DNA from: Macrostomum lignano | Lineage: Eukaryota | Assembly (NCBI GenBank): GCA_002269645.1 | Contig: NIVC01000645.1 | Span: 62,001-126,000 of the forward strand | Direction of reading: 5' to 3' | Length of the DNA: 64,000 nt | Shown here: positions 17,225 through 27,801 of the stretch, piece by piece | Layout of the letters: every line of letters begins with the position of its first letter | Numbering within the stretch: position 1 is the stretch's first letter | Translations under genes and position numbers: made by a program | The notes under the pieces: model-generated | Database searches by the model: none | What the model saw: the letters and a program-made list of their open reading frames with translations, nothing else | Told to the model about the DNA's origin: nothing

Positions 17225-18861
17225 CAGTGCTGGGCGTTAACTAGTTAATTGTTTAACTAGTTAATTAACTAGTTAAATTTTTTAAAAAATCGTTAAATTT
17301 TCGTTAAATTTTTTATGTATTAACTAGTTAACAAAAATCGTTAATTTTTTCCTGTAAGTTAAAGTTAAATGACAAAAGTTAATAATTCCGGGAAATGGAG
17401 TTCCCCGGGTTCAAAATCCGCGGGTTTCAACAGCTTGTATGCCATTAAAAAGTAAAATTAATACATACATAAAATAACTTCGCCTTTCTAAGCATTATTT
17501 AATGCGTCACAAACTATTACATGTATATATTTCAGTTACAAGTTATAATGTATAGAATATTCCGGAAGATTCTGGAATCTTCAACTATTATCTATTGATA
17601 TTCTACCCAAGGACTACTAGAAGTTATCGTTGTACATAGGGATGTCGATTCCCCAGGGAATTTTCTTATTGGGGACCTGGGGAATTTACTGTCATTCCAC
17701 GGGGATCCCGGGGAAAAAATAAGTAAAAAACGGCGGATAACTTAGATCTTTATAAGTCACTAAGTGGCATTTTTTAAACTTTGATTAAAGCTTTGGATGG
17801 ACTACATATTCAAGGCGCAAGGGTAAAAACTTTAAGCAATGTTTGTTTAAAACTGTATTTGACAACATGGCATCACCAAATCGTGTGCACACCTTTATCA
17901 GAAAGGGTCCAGACTCCGGAGGCGGAAAATGCATACTCAGCAGCTGCACTCGTGGGAGGATAATTAATGAATGAGACTGTTTTTATAATCGGAATTTTAA
18001 TTTCTTGCAGATACATGTAAATCACCATTTTGTCCTGTCTAATACGGAGTATTTTGTTATTGTATGACACCCCCCTATGCGTCAGTGACTGACATAGGAT
18101 ATGGCGCTGTGCCTGTGTCAAATCTGTCAAGCCGTCAACGTAGACCAACACAATAGTCAGTAAGGCTTCTTTTTCCTGACAGGTTTCTACGCTCGTACAT
18201 TCAATTTGCTTGATTGAAAGACTCATAGTGAAAAAAAAACATTCAAACGGGTTGCTAATTTCATAAGACCGAAATTTCACAACGCCGAAAATTCTACATG
18301 CAATACAATCCTTATTGTAAAGTTTTCTACAATGTGAAATTTTGGTCTTATGAAGTTTCAGTCTTGTGAAGTATGGTGTTTCGGCGTTGTGAAATTTCAG
18401 TCTTATGAACCCCCCCCCATTCAAACGTGTGTTGTGTTTGAAATAATACATTGAAATAAGCAGTTTTGTGGTAAAAAAGCATAGACAGAGTTTCAATCAG
18501 CTTTCTGTGAATGATTTTCTTATTTAAATGGCAAAAATTTAGTTAAAAATGCTTTTTTTCTCCCCAGGGTCCCCGGTCTAATTCCCAAGGGAGTATTCCC
18601 TGACAAGCTCCCCAGGGCGCCGCGACCTGGCCACAGCCGCGCCGCGCCGACCTGAAATTTAAAAAACACGCCGAACACATGTCCAGGAAAATGTCACTTT
18701 TTCTGTTAGGGAATTATTAACTTTAACTTTTAACTTTTCAGAAGTTAAATTTTGGGCAAAAGTTAAATAATTAACTAGTTACAGTTAATTTTTTTGGAGC
18801 AATTAAATTAACTTTTTAACTTTTAACAAGTTAAAAAAATTGATTAACTTGCCCAGCACTG
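17225..18861. mobile_element. Non-autonomous hAT-type DNA transposon (1637 bp)
   Basis: 11-bp perfect TIR CAGTGCTGGGC / GCCCAGCACTG, subterminal TTAACT arrays, perfect 8-bp TSD TATATTAC (17217-17224; 18862-18869). Confidence 0.9.
18250..18418. mobile_element. Nested MITE, Mutator-like
   Basis: 31-bp inverted repeat TTCATAAGACCGAAATTTCACAACGCCGAAA (1 mismatch), flanked by 9-bp direct repeat ATTCAAACG (18241-18249; 18419-18427). Confidence 0.7.
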
Positions 18862-20073
18862 TATATTACATATTACTATAGGCCCCCTATGCCTTATATA
18901 AAGCAAGCATGGCTCTATCAAAGTATTTCTATCTAAAGAGTTTTATCTGGCATATTAGAAAAAAGCAGGTGGCAAATGTCAAGCATGCTATTGAATAAAA
19001 TATTGCCCTAGCAAGGATATACTATACAATACAATGTCTCATGAGCTGCCTAATTATACTTGCAATATCCATACATTTCACTACACCTTTTCACACCTTT
19101 TTATATTCAATTTTGTCTTTTGATCAAAATCCAGTTCTAATAAAACTAGACAAAATTAAATTAAGACAATTCAGACTGGGGACAATTTTGTTTATGGCTA
19201 TAAACCTTGCTTAGATGGCAGAATGTTTTGAACTGGTTTGTTTTTTTATTGATTTTTTGTAAGCATTGCCCTAGCTAGTGGCCTAGTCTAAATTGTCTAA
19301 ATTGAATTTCCATTAGTTTTTTAGAACTGGACTTTGATCAAAATTGAACGTGAAAAGGTGTAATCAATAGTCTAATATAAATATAATAAGAAAAAAGTAT
19401 TACTTTTAAGCTAGACCTATTATATTTCTTTCTTGCATATATATCATACTAACTACTCATATAGAGGATATTAAAATAAGAAATCAAATATTAATTAAAT
19501 ATAATGCTATGATAAGGTAAATTGTTTAGGCTATGGCTAATGCCAATGGCTTTTAAGAAATAGTTCAAAACTTAAAGTCAAGGTTTATTGATACTATTTA
19601 TATTTATACCATATAAATTATAATAAGCACAAAAGATGACTAGGCTATCCTGCAAAATCGTTCGTTAAGTTCACTGTATGCACATTTTTTAGCTATTGAC
19701 ATGAAACTTTCCAAAAATGAATACTTTAATTATGCCAATATTTTAGAAGTGTCCATATTTGTTAGTTCAAGGGCTGGGCGAAACTCTTGAGGTGGCACAA
19801 TCTACATGTTGGGGCAGAAGGTTGTCCGCCAGCCATTTTTAATTAGAAAGCACTTTATTCGCCTATTACAAAAATTAAAAATGTGTACACCTATATTCTA
19901 CCTATCTAAAAATACAAATTAGCCATACTACCAGGCAAAGTTGTTCTCTGCAAGCTAACCCCCACCCCCCACCACCCTTGAATAGAGGGCGAAATAATTC
20001 CGGAAATAATTAAACGAACGAAAGAGGAAGATTGCCGCAAGCTATTCAGTATAAATTAATAGCTAGATATATT

Positions 20074-21031
20074 TGAGGTGGGGGTGGAGAAGAATTTTCT
20101 TGGAAACTCTCGGTTTCAAAAATTTGCTGACACCAGTGAGGAGGGGCGGATTCCTCGTTTTAATTGCCGCCTGCGTTGTAGAAGCACGAATAAAGCCGGA
20201 AAAATGCACAAATTGATGCGTTGATTCTTCTCCTAGGTTACTCCGTCTGCCGGGTCCTCAATTCCGGGGGGAGGGTAGTCGTAATCGCAGTCGAGCGGTC
20301 TAGTAGCGGCCCGGGTCGTTCAAATTAGGTCCTCAGACACCGAAAAAATTATAGTTTGTCGAAATTGCTAGATGTGTTACTCTCAGTAGTAAAGTAGCGC
20401 TGCCACCACCGTAAATGTCGTTTTACGGAACGTTGAGGGTCTCAGAGCTTTCTTTGAGTTGAGACTGACTGGTTATTTTACGCCCCGCGGGCAAATGACT
20501 CAATAGAAACTAAAGGCTTCGATTCTGAACGACCGTATGAATAATATTAATATTTGGCGAACTTTATTAATTATGGTTGCGTTATTATTATTGTTATCAT
20601 TACTTATTGTTACTACGCGAGATGATCAGAGACAGGAACAGAAGAAAAGGCGAAATTAAGAACTAAAACTAACTAAACTAAAACAAACAGTAAAACAACA
20701 CGCACTAATGACTCCAGAGAAAAATTCAAATAAATATCATTTTGGCGGGAAGGATCCCAGGGGTGGGACGGAGGATGGGACAAGGGAAGGGACAACGAAG
20801 GGAAAAAGGAAAACCCGGCCGCTGGAAACATTAAAACAACAGGGGCCAAGGGAGGGAACAGAAAAGGGAACAGACGAGGGAGCAAGGGCGGGAACAACCG
20901 GGGGGACAAACCAGGGAACAAAAGTTGAAAAAAATGACGTCAATCCGTCCGTGGAACTGGGTGGAATGTCCCGCCGGTGTTCGCGCTAGAGGCCTGCCGT
21001 CGTTCTCCCAGTGGTAGACCGGCCTACCACA
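20074..21031 (-). repeat. 3' LTR
   Basis: Direct repeat of 29209-30166 (offset 9135). One mismatch seen (20161 T vs 29296 G). Confidence 0.97.
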
Positions 21032-21209
21032 GGCGCGGGGCGCCGGGGCGAACGGCAGCAGACAGACGAACTCCCGGACGTCTCAGTGGCGGCGGTCCTG
21101 CTTCGCCGGCCGGCCTCGGCGAGCAGGGGCGTTCGGATCTGACGGCGGCGAGCTTGCGACGCGTGCCTGATGGCTCAGCTGGAGATTGAGCAGCTGCAGG
21201 CGCTGCCCG

Positions 21210-21650
21210 TCAAAAAAAGAGCCGCTCCGGGCGCCTCTCGATGGCGACCTCCCAGAAGTGGCGAACTTCGGGCAGCCATCCGCTCTGGAGGTGGCCCGCC
21301 TCCCAGTACGCCAGAACAATGAATAAGGCGAGGGCAGGCCGAGGCCGTCCGCCTTCGCGGAAGCAGGTATCAGCGCGCCGCAGCGTTTCATCGAGAAGCT
21401 CCCGCGTGGTCGTGGGCGGCATCTCGCGGCAGAGTGTCCGCCATGGGGCGTCCACTTGAACGCGGCCCTTGTCGGCCGCCTGGTGGTAGGCCTCGTTGAG
21501 CGCGCGGCGAAGCTGTTCACGGGCCGGGGCCGCACCGCTCGGGGCATAAGCCAAGGCTCGCAAGGTGTCTGACTCGCTCGACGATAGCCAGGGCGCTTGC
21601 AAAAGGAGGTCCGGCGAGGCACCAGCGCTGTCGGTCCCGTTGTTTGCCAT
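21210..21650 (-). CDS. Additional ORF of the gypsy element (146 aa, unknown function)
   Basis: GC-rich ORF in the same sense as gag-pol, with TATTTAA ~100 bp upstream. Helical-looking sequence; no recognisable family. Confidence 0.6.
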   Translation of the reverse strand: MANNGTDSAGASPDLLLQAPWLSSSESDTLRALAYAPSGAAPAREQLRRALNEAYHQAADKGRVQVDAPWRTLCREMPPTTTRELLDETLRRADTCFREGGRPRPALALFIVLAYWEAGHLQSGWLPEVRHFWEVAIERRPERLFF

Positions 21651-21745
21651 ATTCGAAGCGGCGGAGCGTGATGCGACAGTCCGAAATATTCAGTCGGCAG
21701 GTCGGATCAACAGAATTGGAGAAAAATAAAATTGAAGATGGCTCC

Positions 21746-21752
21746 TTAAATA
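21746..21752 (-). promoter_or_regulatory. TATA-like box for the additional ORF
   Basis: CCCTATTTAAGG on the minus strand. Confidence 0.35.
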
Positions 21753-22449
21753 GGGCGCAAAATATTCCAACTGGTGGAATTCCAAACCAACCAGAGGAAA
21801 TAAAATTCAACCACTGGAATTGAGCCATCACCCCCCCGTGCACTCTAAGGTGGCACACAGAGTTGGGGTGGGCGCATGAATCAAGGAGTCATAAAATAGA
21901 TAACCGCGCGGCAGGGGTCCGAAATTAGAATGAATGAATGGGGGCGCCTCACACGGCTCACAAAACAGGTTGGCGGTTAGAGAGAGGGGGGGGGCTGAAC
22001 AATCGCATAAACAGTAGTTTAGAAAATAGTAAGAACATAGGTAGTTCCTAAAAATTAGAATAGCAGATAGATACAGGCATAGTGACCGAGTTAGAATTTG
22101 GATCTCCATAAGGAGTTACACAAAACGGCAAAAGGCACTGGGAGGGGGCTGGACAGGCGCCCTTACAAATTTTCCCAGGCTCGGCTCGGTCAGAACAAAG
22201 AAAATGGGGGCCGTTCACCTCAGATGCCCTCCGCTGAGGACAAGGCCTAGAGCCAGGGTGGCTAGACCTGAGCGGGGCAAACGACTGGGACACCAGAGCA
22301 ACATTGGCTTGCAAAATTAAAAGATACCTTCAGCCACAAGCAAGGACTGCAAGGTTTACAACTGAAATAAAACTTCGCAAGTTAATGACACGCAATTGAG
22401 CAAAATTAATGAATCGCATGCGGATAAATAATTGTCGCGTAGGTGCTGG

Positions 22450-23045
22450 CTTTTCCCATCAAGCCTAAGGCTAAATATCAAAACGCAGAAGTGCGGGTCG
22501 CGTTGAATAAATATGACACCAATTGAGCATGAGCACAATGTACAAAGGCTTTTGACCGGAAAGCGTAAGGAGCAGAAATTGAAAAAAATAGTTGCTTTTG
22601 CCCTCAAGCATAAGGAAAGTACAGAAAATTTAATTGCTTTTACCCTCAAGCATAAGGAAGGTACAGAAAATTAGTTGCTTTTGCCCTCAAGCATAAGGAA
22701 AGTACAGAAAATTAATTGCTTTTGCCCTCAAGCATAAGGAAAGGTACAGAAAATTTAGTTGCTTTTATCCCTCAAGCATAAGGAAAAATGAAAATTAATT
22801 GCTTTTGCCCTCAAGCATAAGGAAAGGTACAGAAAATTAGTTGCAAAACTAACGCTTGCTTTTATCCCAAAAGCATAAGGAGAACAAAATTACAGCAAAT
22901 TTGACGCCTGCTTTTATCCCGAAAGCATAAGGAGAAATGAAAATTACAGCAAATTTGACGCCTGCTTTTATCCCGAAAGCATAAGGAGAAATGAAAATTA
23001 CAGCAAATTTGACGCCTGCTTTTATCCCGAAAGCATAAGGAGAAC
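22450..23045. repeat. Tandem array inside the gypsy element, between pol and the extra ORF
   Basis: About 12 copies of core GCTTTT-N5-7-AAGCATAAGG, in ~41-bp units then ~54-bp units. Confidence 0.9.
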
Positions 23046-23209
23046 AAAATTTGAAGGAATATTGAAAGTTGCTTTCAGCACAGAAAAGGTGCAGAGAAAG
23101 CTTACAGCGAAATTTAATTCAGAACGCGTTCACAAACTTAACTACTCGTAGTAATGCGCAACGGTAATTTAGCTATTAGGCGCAATAATAAATCGCTGGT
23201 AATTACCTT

Positions 23210-26200
23210 TTAGAGCTCCATCTCCATGCCGATGTCAGGCAAGTCCGGGTCGCCTTCGGCGAGCACCTCCGGGTGGCGCAAGCTGGGCTCGAACAGCTGA
23301 CTGCCTCGCAGGTCAGGCTGAACTGTGGCCGGCTGCTCTGGCGCGGGCTGATCGGCTGGGTCGACTTCGCTGTCTTCGCTCGACTCATAGGGCAGCATTG
23401 GCCGCTCTGTCTGGCGCGGCGGCTCCTGTGGTCGATCTGCCATCATCTGCGGCACCTTGATGATGTTGTTACGATGAACTAGCATTTCAGCTGGGCGTCC
23501 TCGGCGGGCTGTCGCTGGCTTGATCCAATACGCCACTTCTCCGACTTTCCTGACGACCTTGTACATACTCTTGTACGGCCGGTGGAACTTGGGCAGCTCT
23601 CCCAGTTCGAGCTTCGGGTTGGCCAGGCAGACCAAGTCTCCGGGCTGCAGCTCCACGGGCTTTGGCCGGTTCTCGTAGTACTCCTCTCGGCGCTGGATCT
23701 CGGTTCTCAGTCGCTGTCGCACAATTCGTTCTGTCTCGGCCAGTCTGCGCTGATGTTTGGCAATGTACTCCGGGAGGTCAGCTGATACATCCAGTCGGTC
23801 TAGGGTGTTATCGATCGGATACCGGTAGGGCACTCCGTAGATGACATAATGCGGCGAGAACCCGGTTGTACGATTGACTGCTGATCTTAGAGCTGTTAAA
23901 GCGGCTGGCAACATCTTGTCCCATTGCTGATGGTCTTCTAGGAGACAGGTGAGCACCTTCTTGATGTTCTTATTGCACGACTCAGCTTGTCCATTGGCCC
24001 ATGGCGAATACGGCGGCGTCGTGGTCTGCCGGATGCCGTAAACTTCGCAGAAGTGCCGGAACTCGTGTCCTGTGAACTGTTTCCCTTGATCGGAGTGAAT
24101 CCATGCCGGGATTCCGGTGATTGGAAACACTTGTTCCTGCAGGAGCGTTATAATGGTCTTGGCCCGCTGATTCTTCATGGCGAAAGCGAAGGGGTATTTC
24201 GACGTAGTGTCGACGTAGGTCAAGATGTACTTGTTTCCTCGGTCCGTCGGGTCTCCAGTGGGGCCCAGGATGTCGATCGCACATCGCCCATAGATTTCAC
24301 AGACCGGAAACGATTGTACATGCGCCGGAATTCGTCGCCGTCCTTTGCTCTGAGTGCAGGTCTGGCAGGAAGCGACATAGTCGGACACTGCCTTGGCCAG
24401 GGCAGGTCGCCAGAACCTTTCGCGCACCTTCGCGATGGTGAGGTCTCGGCCCATGTGTCCGCAGTAGGGTGAACCGTGGAGGTCGGCGAACACCGTTGCG
24501 TCGAGGCTCTTCGGCAGGACGATCCGCGCCGTTTCCTCCTCGCCAAAATCGTCGAAATGAATTACCAGTAGTCCATCGTCTCGGACTTCGAGCTGCTCGT
24601 AGAACGCTAGTAGGTTTCGTTCGTCTCGCGTCATATTCAAACGCTGATTCAGCGGCGGCTTCGGCTGTCGGCTTTCCAAAAGATTGATCATCATGGCGAT
24701 GGCAGAGTCAGCACGCTGATGAGTCTGGAGCTCCTCACGAGTGACTGGCCTCGGGATGTGATCAGTTAGATTCAATGTTGGGCGTCGGTTAGTTAAATTA
24801 GTCGGCGCGGCTTCGGCTGTGGCGGCATGGTTCGGGGTCTGGAGCTCCCTCTGCACGATCGCTACTCTGGCCGGTTGCCGGGTCGTTGATGTGCCCGAAG
24901 ATCGATCCTCGTCGGTAGCTTCGGCGTCACTGTTGTTGGATTCAGATCGGTCAGCAGTTGATGATGAGTCAGCAGAGCTGTCCGCGTCGCTGCTGAATCT
25001 CACCTTCTTCTCAAACTTCGGGCAGCGAGCGAGTTGGCAGCTGTCCTCTCTGGCTGCGCTGTGGTCGCTGTCCGTGCCGTCTCCAGCTAGTAGTCGGCGG
25101 CTCCTTGACGGGCAACATGTCGTGCTACTAAAACTGGTAGGCGACCTCTGCGAGTCATCGTAACGGCTGGCTGATGGCCTCGGCTTCGTCGCCGGCGGGT
25201 GCAGCTCTGTCAGCGGCTTGCTGTCGGCTGTCGGTGTTGCTGGCGGCGTAGCCTCGCCGTTGGACTCCTTCGGCTTAGTCGGCGGTTTCCGTCGCTTACG
25301 GCGGGTCGACGGCTTCTTGCTCGGTGGAGGACTAGGGTGGCTGCTGTCGTGGACCTTCGGCGCCGCTGCGCCAGTTATCGCGGCTGGCTGCTTACTTTGG
25401 TCCTCATCAGCTGCCTCGCGCTGAGCCTCCTCCAAGCATTCGGCGTCGTCCTCCGGCCGTCTCGAGAGACCGTCGGCGTTTTGATGCTGACTCGATTTGC
25501 GATGCTGGATCTCGAACTCAAATTCACTTAGCCGCTGTAGCCATCGTCCAAAGATGCCTACTTGTTGAGTTCGCCGGAGAATCCAGGTCAACGCTGCATG
25601 GTCGGTTCGACAAATGAACTTCTTGGCCAGCAGGTAGAAGCGGAAATGTCGCATGCCATCTACGACTGCCAAGAGTTCTTGCTTAGTAATCGGATATCGG
25701 GCTTCAGCCGGTTTAAGTCGTCGGGAGAAATAGCCAATTGGGCGCTCGATCCCGTCAGCTTGGCGTTGGCTCAGGCAGGCTCCGATTCTGGTCGCAGAAG
25801 CATCCGTGTCCAGGATAAACATTACTTCCGGATCCTCGCTGAACTGCGGATACGCGAGCACTGATGTCGAAGTCATGGCTGCTTTGAGCTGATCGAACGC
25901 GTCTTGCTGGGCTTTTCCCCATAGACAATTGAAATTTCTAATCTTCTTTTCCTTGATCAAGTCGTGGAGCGGAGCTGCAAGTTCTGCATAGCCAGGTACA
26001 AATTTTGCATAGTAAGCGCACGTGCAGACAAAACTTTTAAGTTGTCGAGCTGTTCTCGGTCTTGGCCAGGTCTGAATAGCCTCGATCTTCGCCGGATCGG
26101 TCTTGATTCCGTCCTTAGTAACTACATGTCCCAGATAGTTTAGACTTGCCCGAAATAAATGGCACTTCCTGCCTTTGAACTTTAAGTTGGCCTCTTGAAT

Positions 26201-26293
26201 TCGCTTAAATACTTCCTCCATATGCTGTAGATGGTCATTAAATTTCTTAGAATAGACGATTACGTCATCCAGATAGGCTATTGCACTTTTATA
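23210..26293 (-). CDS. pol: Pol part 2: RT C-terminus, RNase H, integrase
   Basis: AYLDDVIVYS upstream in frame with ORF 23210-26221; TDAS/ELLAV/TDH/NADGLSR RNase H; HHCC zinc finger; IDILGP, HSDQG and NGQAE catalytic motifs. Confidence 0.93.
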   Translation of the reverse strand, partial: YKSAIAYLDDVIVYSKKFNDHLQHMEEVFKRIQEANLKFKGRKCHLFRASLNYLGHVVTKDGIKTDPAKIEAIQTWPRPRTARQLKSFVCTCAYYAKFVPGYAELAAPLHDLIKEKKIRNFNCLWGKAQQDAFDQLKAAMTSTSVLAYPQFSEDPEVMFILDTDASATRIGACLSQRQADGIERPIGYFSRRLKPAEARYPITKQELLAVVDGMRHFRFYLLAKKFICRTDHAALTWILRRTQQVGIFGRWLQRLSEFEFEIQHRKSSQHQNADGLSRRPEDDAECLEEAQREAADEDQSKQPAAITGAAAPKVHDSSHPSPPPSKKPSTRRKRRKPPTKPKESNGEATPPATPTADSKPLTELHPPATKPRPSASRYDDSQRSPTSFSSTTCCPSRSRRLLAGDGTDSDHSAAREDSCQLARCPKFEKKVRFSSDADSSADSSSTADRSESNNSDAEATDEDRSSGTSTTRQPARVAIVQRELQTPNHAATAEAAPTNLTNRRPTLNLTDHIPRPVTREELQTHQRADSAIAMMINLLESRQPKPPLNQRLNMTRDERNLLAFYEQLEVRDDGLLVIHFDDFGEEETARIVLPKSLDATVFADLHGSPYCGHMGRDLTIAKVRERFWRPALAKAVSDYVASCQTCTQSKGRRRIPAHVQSFPVCEIYGRCAIDILGPTGDPTDRGNKYILTYVDTTSKYPFAFAMKNQRAKTIITLLQEQVFPITGIPAWIHSDQGKQFTGHEFRHFCEVYGIRQTTTPPYSPWANGQAESCNKNIKKVLTCLLEDHQQWDKMLPAALTALRSAVNRTTGFSPHYVIYGVPYRYPIDNTLDRLDVSADLPEYIAKHQRRLAETERIVRQRLRTEIQRREEYYENRPKPVELQPGDLVCLANPKLELGELPKFHRPYKSMYKVVRKVGEVAYWIKPATARRGRPAEMLVHRNNIIKVPQMMADRPQEPPRQTERPMLPYESSEDSEVDPADQPAPEQPATVQPDLRGSQLFEPSLRHPEVLAEGDPDLPDIGMEMEL

Positions 26294-27801
26294 TAGGCGA
26301 TTCCGTTGAGCACAGCGTTCATGAGGCGCATGAAGCTGGCTGGCGCCGAACTTAATCCCATAGGCATCACATTGTAGGCGAATTGTCCGCGGTGCAGCGT
26401 GGCGAAGGCCGTCAGATCTTGATCCTCTGGACGCAGTGGAATCTGATAGTAGCCGCTGTTCAAGTCGAACGTGCTGAATAGCTGGCTTCCTTCGAGGCTA
26501 GCGAACGCTTCCTGGATGTTCGGTATCGGGTACGGAAAGTACTCGCACTTTTGGTTCAGACTCCTGAAGTCTTGTACAATTCTCAGGCTGCCGTCCTTCT
26601 TCGGGATGATCACCAGCGGGGTGTTGTAGCTGGAGAAACTCGGTCTAATCACGCCTTTGGCAAGCAGATCGTCAAGCAGCTGGTCCACCTTGGGCAGCAA
26701 ATGCGGCGGAATCCTTCGGGTCGGCAGATGTACAGGATCCTTGTCCTTCAACACGATGTTGTGGGTGACCAGGTGGGTTCGGCCGAGATCGTGTGGCCCC
26801 TGTGAGAAGATGGTCTTGTACTTCTTCAATAGCTCGATGACTTGAGCGTGCTGGTCATTGGACAAGTCCTCGCCGATGTCGATCTCTTTGATCCAAGCGT
26901 CTGGATCTTCGTCTTGAACTTGATTAACTGAAGCTTCTGGCTTCGGCAGCGGAAAGAATTGTAACTCGGGCAGTCTGATTGGTCTAGCAATCCCAACTAG
27001 GGCATTCGCTCGCACTTTGATGGAAGTAGTGCCTCGATTGATCATCTCAATGGCGCCTTCTCCATTGGCCATAGATATTAGGGCAGGCGCGGCGTCCAGT
27101 TGCTGCACATCTTCTTCACGCCGGGCCGGTTTTAGCGGCTCGATCACAGCGGGTGTGCCCTGGTTTTCTTCTCGTCCTTTTGCTAGTTTAATCTTGATTC
27201 GGGCTGATGATAACGGCGGCACGGTTGTGCTCTCAGCTGTGTAGATTCTGCACGTGGTAGCTTCGGTTCGCGTATAGCGCAGTGGTGCGGCGGTGCCATC
27301 CTTGAAAAACAGCATCCCGGCGGCGAGATCCAGTGATGTACTGTACTTCTCCAGGAACTCGAAGCCCAGGATGTTGTCATGAGATCCCTTCGCTAGCAGG
27401 AACTTGACTGTAGGCTCGAAACTCCCAATTTTAACTTTGATTGATAGTTGGCCTGCCATTTGAATAGGCTCTCCATTGTAGGTCACAATGCGTTGCAGGC
27501 AGGGCTCGATTTGGCCACGCAGGGTCGGGTCATCGGTACATAGTCGGTGCCAGGTGCTGAATCCTAGGACTTCGCACTTGGAGCCGGTGTCAAGCAGAAA
27601 AGCAAAATAACGGCCCTGAATCTCACCAGTTAGAAACGGATCCCTTCGGGGTCGCTTGGGTGCAGAGTTATGTACAGGTGCAGCGGAGGCGGTCTCAGCA
27701 GTGGCCTGCTGAGCGACTAAAGTCCTCGGCGGGGACCTTAGTGCTGGCTCGGCTGCTGGATGGCGCTGCCCCCGTTGGCGCGTCCAGCCGTCCCGTTTCC
27801 C
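26278..27801 (-). CDS. pol: Pol part 1: protease and N-terminal RT (entered by -1 frameshift)
   Basis: FLLDTGS protease motif; LRIVQDFRSLN, FDLNSGYYQIPL, MPMGLSSAPASF. Frame breaks just before YLDD. Confidence 0.92.
   Translation of the reverse strand, partial: GKRDGWTRQRGQRHPAAEPALRSPPRTLVAQQATAETASAAPVHNSAPKRPRRDPFLTGEIQGRYFAFLLDTGSKCEVLGFSTWHRLCTDDPTLRGQIEPCLQRIVTYNGEPIQMAGQLSIKVKIGSFEPTVKFLLAKGSHDNILGFEFLEKYSTSLDLAAGMLFFKDGTAAPLRYTRTEATTCRIYTAESTTVPPLSSARIKIKLAKGREENQGTPAVIEPLKPARREEDVQQLDAAPALISMANGEGAIEMINRGTTSIKVRANALVGIARPIRLPELQFFPLPKPEASVNQVQDEDPDAWIKEIDIGEDLSNDQHAQVIELLKKYKTIFSQGPHDLGRTHLVTHNIVLKDKDPVHLPTRRIPPHLLPKVDQLLDDLLAKGVIRPSFSSYNTPLVIIPKKDGSLRIVQDFRSLNQKCEYFPYPIPNIQEAFASLEGSQLFSTFDLNSGYYQIPLRPEDQDLTAFATLHRGQFAYNVMPMGLSSAPASFMRLMNAVLNGIAYIKVQ

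Noticed and set aside
17873-18496. 207-aa minus-strand ORF inside the hAT element
   Set aside because: It crosses a nested MITE, has no ATG start and shows no transposase motifs.
20673-20989. 68-93-aa ORFs within both LTRs
   Set aside because: Low-complexity translations of a purine/pyrimidine-skewed U3; identical only because the LTRs are.
21210-21650. env gene
   Set aside because: Too short, with no signal peptide, furin site or C-terminal TM anchor.
22450-23045. CRISPR-like appearance of the gypsy internal array (also 40858-41370 and 50920-51355)
   Set aside because: Linkers are homologous to each other rather than unique spacers, there are no cas genes, and the context is eukaryotic.
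23210-23500. Chromodomain at the integrase C-terminus
   Set aside because: The tail is P/E/D-rich with no aromatic-cage pattern.
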